The notes under the pieces were generated by a model. It saw nothing but the letters and a program-made list of their open reading frames with translations. It did not search any database and was not told the DNA's origin. A stretch of 63,980 nucleotides of DNA, the filler included, from Chrysochromulina tobinii (lineage: Eukaryota): NCBI GenBank assembly GCA_001275005.1. It is 5 parts of 5 records of this genome, joined end to end, with 100 filler letters (N's around TTAATTAATTAA, not from the genome) between each part and the next. Parts side by side here need not be neighbours in the genome. Positions count along the whole stretch, not along the records: positions 53,107 to 61,609 come from JWZX01001202.1; positions 61,710 to 63,980 come from JWZX01001241.1; 3 more parts are not named here. One strand, given 5' to 3'. Made by a program: the position numbers and the translations under genes. The first letter of the stretch is position 1. Each line of letters begins with the position of its first letter. Shown here piece after piece: positions 56,227 to 63,980 of this stretch.

Positions 56227-57363
56227 TCATGGAGACGGCGAGGGCGAGGGCGCCGGCGCCGGCGCCGGCAACGGCGACGGCGAGTCTGGAAATGGCGACG
56301 GCGATGGCTGGAGCGACGACGGCCACGGGGCTCCTCCGGCGACTGCTTCCACGACGATGAACGTGTGCGTCTGCGACGCCCCGCCGAGGAACTCTTTGCC
56401 GTAATCGACGCCGTTGATGGTCAGGTAACCGCCGTGCCAGCCGTCGCCGTAGGAGTCCAAGAGCGCGGCCATATGCGCACCGACGGTGAGGCACACCGAG
56501 TACGTGTACACCTGGTGGTTAGCGAGCGAGCCCATCGCAACGATCTCCGTGCCATCGATCAGGAGGCCAATCTCGTTAGCGCCGATGGTACTGGTGACCG
56601 TCATGATCATTTCAATACATCCGATGATTGAGAACGTGTGCGTCGCAATAGTCCCGGTTAGGAAGTCCCTCCCGTAATCGACGCCGTTGATCCTCAAGTA
56701 GCCGCCGTGCCAGCCGTCGCCGTAGGAGTCTGTGAGAATCGCCTCGTGTACGCCGGCGCTGAGGCACATGTTGAACAAGTACACCTGGTTATTGGCCAGA
56801 GATCCTTCCACAACGAGCTCGGTGTCGTCGATCTTGAGTCCGATCTCATTGCCCCAGACTTCGGCGAACACCGTGACGGTCGTCTCGATGCAGTGGTCAT
56901 CAAGACGAGTGCTCTTTTTTGGCTCGTGCGTCGGAAATTCTTGGAGACTCCCTTTCGACGACGGCTGTGCCTTTTCGGCTGGGCGGTGTTCCTCGTGAAG
57001 ACTCGACTGCTTGTCTTCGAATTCGTCTTGGTGTTCCTGGTGCTGCTCCTTGTGGTGCTCATCGACCTTGCGCAAGGAGAATGCATCGATAGGTATGAGA
57101 GGTTCGTTCTCAGTGCCGATGAGAACTGCGATGCGATTGGCTTTAGGCAGGAACCTGGACGAATGCAGGCCGTTCACATTCTCCAATAACCTCTGATTCC
57201 TCTCGTGCCGGCGTCTCCACTGCTGCCTCTGCTTCCACCAATGCTTCTGCGCGAGGTCACGGACCGACGTGCCGAGGTTGTCCGCCACCAGATCGTAGCC
57301 ACAGAGCAGGGCAAGCGACGCAGCGGCGATAAACGCGATGGCACTCCTGCTACCGAGTGCCAT
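56227..57363 (-). CDS. Tandem paralog with two DSYGDGW repeats
   Basis: Near-identical leader and WWKQRQQWRRRHER; 2 repeats; PS-rich tail. Confidence 0.85.
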   Translation of the reverse strand: MALGSRSAIAFIAAASLALLCGYDLVADNLGTSVRDLAQKHWWKQRQQWRRRHERNQRLLENVNGLHSSRFLPKANRIAVLIGTENEPLIPIDAFSLRKVDEHHKEQHQEHQDEFEDKQSSLHEEHRPAEKAQPSSKGSLQEFPTHEPKKSTRLDDHCIETTVTVFAEVWGNEIGLKIDDTELVVEGSLANNQVYLFNMCLSAGVHEAILTDSYGDGWHGGYLRINGVDYGRDFLTGTIATHTFSIIGCIEMIMTVTSTIGANEIGLLIDGTEIVAMGSLANHQVYTYSVCLTVGAHMAALLDSYGDGWHGGYLTINGVDYGKEFLGGASQTHTFIVVEAVAGGAPWPSSLQPSPSPFPDSPSPLPAPAPAPSPSPSP

Positions 57364-57609
57364 CTGCTGTGGCCGTGGCGTCGCCGCGATGGAGAGAGGC
57401 AGGGTCTCGGTGAACCTAAGAAGGGAATAGGTGTCGGTGCGTACCAAAAATGGATATCCGCCCCTTGTTTGTTGTTTGTCGAACTCGATGTTGTACGCCG
57501 GGACTTAACAAAGTTACGTACCACAGTCCCCCGGTGTCTTTTTCCCGGCAAAGACCGCGATGGAGCCGTGGACGCACGCAGGGTTTTTTACTCTTGTACA
57601 ATCTCAGTT

Positions 57610-58305
57610 ATGTCGCTCCTGGCCGATCGTCAGGCCGAGGCTGAGTTGCAGGCGCTGCGACGCGCGGTGAATCACACGTTCACTACGCTCGATGTGGCCC
57701 GGCGCAAGTGGAACAAGCTCAGCTCGGTGGGGAAGGAAGCGCTCACAGCCTGCGCCAATGGGCAGTCACGGCTCGGGCACGCCCAGGGTGCACAATTGAC
57801 TGCTGCGCTACAACGGCTCGACAGCACAGCTGCCAGAGGACGTTCATACTCGTCGATGCGCCGTGGCGTCGCCACGTATGCCCTTCGGGAGAGGCGCGAC
57901 GCGCAGCTTGCGGTTCCTCCCGTGCTGGATGGGCTTGAGGAGGTGGTTGGTTCGATGCGACACGCAGTCGCGGACCTGGAGGCTCGCGTGGCTGCTTCGA
58001 CGCGCGCCATCGGTGCTGAGCGCGCGCGTTCAACGCCGCTAGTGCATACTGAGACAGCGGCCCAGCTCGTCGCGCGCGCATCCGCCATGGCTGATTGCTT
58101 CGAACAAGAGCTCAAGCTGCGGCGCACGGTTGCTGCGCAGGTGGCAGGTGGCGGACGTGAGGGTGCTGCCACGAAGCCCGGATGGGATGGGGCGGTCAAG
58201 CTCTACCTTTCGGCGTGGGTGCTGGAACCGTACATTGACCACGATGTTCTCGATGCGCTGCTGCCGGCCTTGGGCGGCGACGAACAGCCCGTGCGCATGC
58301 GATAG
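57610..58305 (+). CDS. C1orf109/AIRIM-like (CK2S domain) helical protein
   Basis: C-terminal LYLSAWVLEPYID and N-terminal W..L...G......AN pattern. Confidence 0.55.
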   Translation: MSLLADRQAEAELQALRRAVNHTFTTLDVARRKWNKLSSVGKEALTACANGQSRLGHAQGAQLTAALQRLDSTAARGRSYSSMRRGVATYALRERRDAQLAVPPVLDGLEEVVGSMRHAVADLEARVAASTRAIGAERARSTPLVHTETAAQLVARASAMADCFEQELKLRRTVAAQVAGGGREGAATKPGWDGAVKLYLSAWVLEPYIDHDVLDALLPALGGDEQPVRMR

Positions 58306-58879
58306 AGGATAGTGTGGCGTCTGCGGGTACCCCTGCAGTTTACTGCAGAACCGCGTTTCGTGTACCCATGAGGGGTCGGTGAAAAATTCTACAATGCGTA
58401 TCAACACAGGCCGAACAAAATAAGGTCTATGCTGTGGACAATCTCAGCGTGTTATGGCCGTTATCATTGCCCGCCCTGCGCCGGGCCCGCCGCCCGCCCG
58501 GCCCCGCCCGCGCATCCCGGTTGGGTCGTAAGCGGTTGGGTCGCTCCCGCGGCCGGCCCGACTGGGGGCGTGGTGCGAGATAGATCTTCGGATGCAACCG
58601 GCGGGCACGGCGCCGAGCTGGAGCCCGTGGAGAGCGGCGACGTGAGGCGGCGAGCTCTGGTCGAGCACAACGAGCACATGTGCTCTCAGCAGAAACCAAG
58701 CGCGGACGCCCGCATCCACGGCCGTGCCCCAGCGTCCGCGACGCTCGGGAGTACCACTGTCCTGGCAGTGCCCGAAATCGACGACAGTCTGGCCTCGAGT
58801 GCGAAGCCCTTGCTGCGTGAGCTAACCCGCGTGACAGAAGCAACGACAAAGTACACAGGCGAATCAGCACAAAGAGACT

Positions 58880-59359
58880 CTATGTGTCCGCGCTCTGCAC
58901 CTCCACGAACGCCCGCTGCATGTTTTTAAGCATGGCCTCGACGCACTTGCCGCTGGGGACGCTCTCATAATGCACTCGGCAGAAGCTCTGAGCCTCAACG
59001 GCAGGGTTGGCACCTTCCTCGTGAACAAAGCGAAGTTCTGCGCCAGAGGGTGAGCGGACGACAAAGCTTATGCCCGGTAGTGCTTGCTGCGCCTCATCCC
59101 GCAGGCCCTTCATGATGCTGATCTGCGACACTAGCTGCTGCGCGCACTCCTTCTGGTCGGTGCCAGGGAGGTGGGTGCTGCAAAAGCGCACAGCCGCAAT
59201 CGCCACGTCGTCGTTGGCGGATACTGCAAAGTAGATGCTGGTTCCAGCCTGGTCGACCTGGACCGGTATGCGCACGGTTTCCACGTCGAGATACTCGGCG
59301 TCAGAGTTGATGCCGTTGCCACTGACGGCGAGCAGCATGGTCGTGAACGTAAGGGCCAT
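58880..59359 (-). CDS. Small secreted protein with two A..FC..H repeats
   Basis: Signal-like MALTFTTMLLAVSG; AAVRFCSTH...C and EAQSFCRVH...C. Confidence 0.65.
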   Translation of the reverse strand: MALTFTTMLLAVSGNGINSDAEYLDVETVRIPVQVDQAGTSIYFAVSANDDVAIAAVRFCSTHLPGTDQKECAQQLVSQISIMKGLRDEAQQALPGISFVVRSPSGAELRFVHEEGANPAVEAQSFCRVHYESVPSGKCVEAMLKNMQRAFVEVQSADT

Positions 59360-59614
59360 TTACCGATGTGGAGGATCAGGAGCGGCGAGGCTGCGGAGAA
59401 GTTGTGGAGGCTGCTGGAGGCTGGAGGGAGGACGCTTTATGTTTGATTGTTCGGAAAGAAATGTCGGTGGCCTGTGGGTGCTTCACTGTTCACAGTGCCT
59501 TCTACCCCTTTTTTGTTGAGGGCTGTCTTCTTGCGCTTTGCTCCCGCCCGGCAACTCAGCGCGCGCAAAGCCACAGGACTTGCCTGAGCGCAAGGATGCG
59601 ACTTTACGACGCCA

Positions 59615-60344
59615 ATGCAGCCAGTAGGTATCGGCGGTGGCGGCGGCGGCAGCGGCGGTAGCATGGGAGCCGACTATGGCACGCTTGACGAACCCGTCAC
59701 TGAGACTATTATGCGCGATGTGCGGATGGTGGGAAACAAGATGATGTGCGTGCTCAACCCGCGCAAGGCCAACATCCAGACGCTCAAGGACTGGGATCTG
59801 TGGGGCCCGCTCATCCTGTGCTTGATGCTCGCGACTTTGCTGAGCTGGTTTGCGCCGTACGAGCAGAAGTCCCTCGTCTTTGCGTCTGTCTTTGTGATCG
59901 TCTGGTGCGGCGCGGCTGTGGTGACGGTCAACGCACTGCTGCTCGGCGGGAATATCTCCTTTTTCCAGTCGGTGTGCGTACTCGGCTACTGCATCTTCCC
60001 GCTCAACATCGCGAGTATCGTGTGCTTGGTCGGTGGACCATTCTTCTGGCGAATCCTCGTGGTCGCAATATGTTTCTTCTGGTCGACGGGCGCGTCACTC
60101 GGTGCGCCGCCGGCCATGGCGCCCGCTGCAGACGGCCCGCTGCATGCTCGCGCACACGACCCGCTGTCGACCCGCCATGCTGCGGCCTCTGCCCCTCGGC
60201 TCACCCGTGCCCGCGTGTGCTTCCCGTGCAGGCTTCATGGGCGAGCTCGTGCCGCCCAACCGCAAAGCGCTCGCCGTGTATCCGCTCTTTCTGTTTTACA
60301 CAGCAATCGGCTGGTTGATCTTGATCGCCGCGAAGCGTTCATGA
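59615..60344 (+). CDS. YIPF6: Yip1-domain Golgi protein; intron 60102-60231
   Basis: TLDEPVTETIMRD; LKDWDLWGPL; GGNISFFQSVCVLGYCIFPL; spliced GFM...RKALAVYPLFLFY. Confidence 0.92.
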
Positions 60345-60520
60345 TGCTGCGCATCAGGATCTGCGAGCGCCGTCGCACACGGAAAGTTTGAGTAATAAAC
60401 ATTGCGGTGTTTGTGCGTCAGTTGAGTGTGCATGATTCCGCAGTGCCCTTTTCCAAGTGACTCTCGCCTCGTGAACCTGCTGCCGTCGGAAGTCCCTATT
60501 TTCAAGGTGTGAAGAAACTA

Positions 60521-61286
60521 ATGAAGACCTTTCTCTTCGACGTTCTTCGTGTCGTTGGTGGCGGGCGTTGGTGGCGTTGGTGGCGTCGGTGGCGTAGAGC
60601 CAAGAGCCTTCACTCGGCGGGTTGCTCTTGGCGGCGCCCTCGCCATCGGCATGGTAGGACAACAGCGGGCAGCATTTGCAGCAACAAACCCACGCGAGAA
60701 GTTACTCGCTGCAATCACGTCAGACGCGCCCGAAGCGATGGTCATGTCAGCAATTGAGGAGCTCGTGCCGCTAGACCCAAGCAAGGGCTTAGCTGCCAAG
60801 AGCAAGGCGCTCGATGGCACCTGGAGGCTATTATGGAGCGCTGGCGCTGACAAGTTTAGCCCGCTCCTGGGTCTGCCACGAGGAATTCGACCAGAGTCCA
60901 TGCAGCTCCTCGGCACATCAGCGACTGAGGCTGTGGGTACCGACCGCGTCGCCAACTTGCTCGCTCTGCCAGGCATCACAGCACGGCTCTCCTCTGGCGT
61001 GCGCGTAGCCGATGACAATGACGCGCTTCTCGTCATCTTGCCACCTTTCCGGTTTGAGGTCTTGCTCCCTGGTGGTGCCCAAAAGACGCTCTTCGAAGCG
61101 GGTTCGGACGCTGACTTTCGCAAGCTGAACGCACGAGACGCTGACGCACAGGCCGCGGGTCGGAATCTGTATCTTCAGCGCTACCTGGACACCTCTGGAA
61201 AGCCCGGAGATTTGCGTGTCTCGACGATCGTTGCCGGCGATCCCGTCATCGTGGGCAGCGTGTTCGTGCACGAGCGGGTTGCATGA
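60521..61286 (+). CDS. Plastid lipid-associated protein / fibrillin; apparent 1-nt frameshift near 60536
   Basis: IEELVPLDP...LDGTWRLLWS; YLD...LRVS; the ATG at 60521 gives signal peptide MKTFLSTFFVSLVAG if one base is removed. Confidence 0.7.
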
Positions 61287-61609
61287 ATTGCGAGTTCATG
61301 TACTGTTGAAACTGGACTCGATAAATCACTGTGAAGCGCGGCGCGACTGCGCGGTGCCGGGCCGCCGTCTTTTCGCGCGATCGCGGACTAATTGCCCGGA
61401 TTCGCCGACCGTCCGTCACGGCCCCGCCCCGTTCCGTGTTTCTCTTTTTTCGGCTGTTTCTCAGCTCTCCGTCTGCATGTGTAAATGTGTCTCATTTCAA
61501 GAGTCCTTCGCAGCATCTCGCTGATACGTCTCTGCCCTCATTCATATGACAAGCCCATACATGTCCAGCTACCGTAAGCACGCACCATGCTACCGTAAGC
61601 ACCCTCTCT

Positions 61610-61709
61610 NNNNNNNNNNNNNNNNNNNNNNNNNNNNNNNNNNNNNNNNNNNNTTAATTAATTAANNNNNNNNNNNNNNNNNNNNNNNNNNNNNNNNNNN
61701 NNNNNNNNN
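61610..61709. other. Artificial contig linker
   Basis: N44-TTAATTAATTAA-N44. Confidence 0.98.
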
Positions 61710-63711
61710 GCCGTCGCCGCCGCCGCCCTCGCCGCCACCGCCCTCGCCCTCGCCGCCACCACCGTCGCCGTCGCCGCCACCACCGTCGCCGCCACCACCG
61801 TCGCCCTCGCCGCCACCGCCCGACCCGTGCGGCACCTTGGCCTCCGCCGTGTGTGCCAGTCAGCCGTGCTACTTCGATGCGCAGTGTCTGGCATCGAGCA
61901 CCGACCCCTTTAACGGCGTCGGCTGCGGTGCTGGTGGCTACCCCAGCTGCCGCGCCTGCTACGTCGATGCCTACAACTCGATTCTCGCAGAGTGCCCCGA
62001 GCTACCGTCACCGCCGCCCTCGCCGCTGTCTCCACCGTCTCCGGCGGTGCCTGGATCGACCACAACGACAACGTACCAAGTGGCGATCGGATTCGTCGCC
62101 GCGGAGCCGATTGAGGCCTTCACGCCGACCGTGCTGAACAACATCTCGACCTCGGTTGCGAACGCTGCGGGCGTGGACCCGGCCGATGTCAACGTGACAG
62201 CCAGCGCCGCGTCCACACGGATCGACATCATCATCACCACGCCGTCTGCGAGCGCGAGCACCATCATCGAAGAGAACATGGCGGCGACAATGTTTTCGGA
62301 CGCGTCCACGGCGAGCTCTGTACTTGGGCTCACGGTGACGTCCGCGCCAACCATCACCTCTCAGACTGTGCTCACGATCGCCCCCCCCGCTATGAGCGCC
62401 GAGCTCTCCGTGCCCGATGCTGGCAGCGGCACCATACTTACAGTGCTGATCGCCGTCGGGGCCGGTTCGCTTCTGGGCGGCATCGCAGCCATAATGCTGG
62501 TCATCCGTTGCCGGCGCAGCCGGGCCAAGTCGGTCGACCGCGCCGGCAACACCCACCATGCCTTCGGCAGATCGCGAGCACAGGTGGGCTTCGGCGCGAG
62601 TACGAGCTCGAGAACTTCCGACGAGAGAGGGGCGGCCACTCACGGCATCGCGCTGGAAGAGGATTTCGACATTGTGAAGGCCGACCGACCCGTCAGACAG
62701 GCGGATGCCGCCGTCCGACCCGCCAGGGATCTGGAAGACGAGGCTACCATCGACTTTGTGAAGAAGGACAAACCTGTCGCGCCCGCCTTCGCCTCGGCGA
62801 CCTTCGATGTGCACAACCCATCAAAGAACAATCTGCTCTCGTCGATGCCAAGCGACCTGACTCCTCGAGGGGCGGCCAAGGCGGTGGCGCTCAACCAGAT
62901 GATCATTCAGGCGACCAAGTCGAGCAAGATCGAGCCCATCCCATGGAAGGACCTCGAGATCCTCGAGAAGCTGGGCGAGGGCACCTTTGGCACCGTGCAC
63001 GCGTGCTCGTTCAATGCGACGCCTTGCGCGGTCAAGCAGCTGCGCGAGGACAGGGAGTCTTCGGCGGCGCTGCTGGCCGACATGCTGCAAGAGCACGACG
63101 CCATGATGAGCCTGCGCCACCCTAACGTGGTGCTCATGCTTGGCATCGCTACCGACAACGTGCAGCGCGTGGGCATCGTGCTCGAGCTGCTCGAGATCTC
63201 GCTTTCCGAGCTCCTGCACCAAAGCAGCGAGTACGCGGAGCACCGCACGTGGCGCAACTCGCTCCTCTCGATCGCGAGCGACGTGGCCAAGGGCGTCGCG
63301 TACCTGCACTTCAACAACCTGCTTCACCGTGACCTCAAGCCCGGCAACGTGCTGCTCTCGGACTCGTGGGTGGCCAAGGTGGCCGACTTCGGCTCGTCCG
63401 CGATGGGCAAGCCCGGCTCGGCCGCCGAGGGCGAAGGAATCCACGGCACGCCGCCGTACATAGCGCCCGAGGTGGCGCGTGGCGAGGCCCACTCAGCGGC
63501 GCTCGACGTGTGGTCGTTTGGGTGCCTGCTCGTGCACATGGCGACGCTGCGCCCGCCGTACTACGGGCTCAAATGCAAGACCGCAATGGACATCGTGCGA
63601 GTGGTGCAGCGCGGTGAAGTCTCCCCGGTGCAGGTGCTCCTCGACGACGCCGATCGCCGCGAGTACAAGTGTGGCTCTAGCTCAGGTCAGGGGTCTCAGG
63701 CTGGGGTGTAA
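61710..63711 (+). CDS. Single-pass receptor-like TKL protein kinase (5'-truncated, C-lobe incomplete)
   Basis: Pro-rich, Cys module and S/T-rich ectodomain; TM helix; GEGTFG, AVK, HRDLKPGN, DFG, GTPPYIAPE, DVWSFG. Confidence 0.88.
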
Positions 63712-63980
63712 ACTGAGGTTTGGGCACAGGGGTCTGGGGGGAGGCTTGCCCGCCGCAGGCGCGAAAATTTTGGCGATATTGATTGTAAATCAGTGCATTT
63801 AGCCCTGAAAGTGATGCCACACACACTAAATATCGTATGATTCGTTCTCGAGCTAGTTCTGTGCCATACCGACTAATACAATCTAGACACTAGCTTGATC
63901 GTGCGAGCTGCTGTGGCTGCAGGTGATCGACGGCGCTTTTCCTGGTGCTCACTTGCTCGTGCACCTGCTTCGTGCCGTGT

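Noticed and set aside
58429..58929. 166-aa plus-strand ORF
   Set aside because: No motif, and it overlaps the better-supported minus-strand gene 58880-59359

Overview
Eukaryotic, GC-rich, gene-dense nuclear DNA. A haptophyte alga (Prymnesiophyte/Chrysochromulina-like) is my inference from plastid-targeted LepA and fibrillin with signal peptides, a GH7 cellulase and an AP2-like module. The window is not one locus: five contigs (1-21406, 21507-41668, 41769-53006, 53107-61609, 61710-63980) are joined by artificial 100-nt N44-TTAATTAATTAA-N44 linkers. About 30 genes are recognisable, including GPKOW, TFB5, GH7, LepA, SHPRH, TauE, acyltransferase-3, Mpv17, formin, ITPA, YIPF6, fibrillin and a TKL receptor kinase. 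The most unusual signals are: (1) short insertions on three different contigs, bounded by inverted 5-6-nt microsatellites (AAGTC or GTTCAA) and target-site duplications, two of which share a 43-nt core, suggesting repeat addition at both ends of a staggered break; (2) four spliceosomal introns from two repeat families that carry copies of their own flanking exon sequence; (3) unusual fusions: TrhO-type rhodanese plus archease, a GNAT+SET+Tudor+AP2-like+dsRBD giant protein, a Cys-less peroxiredoxin-like domain on plastid EF4, NHL plus transglutaminase-like, and formin+LIM+ADF-H. All family assignments come from motif recognition by eye; no searches were run.
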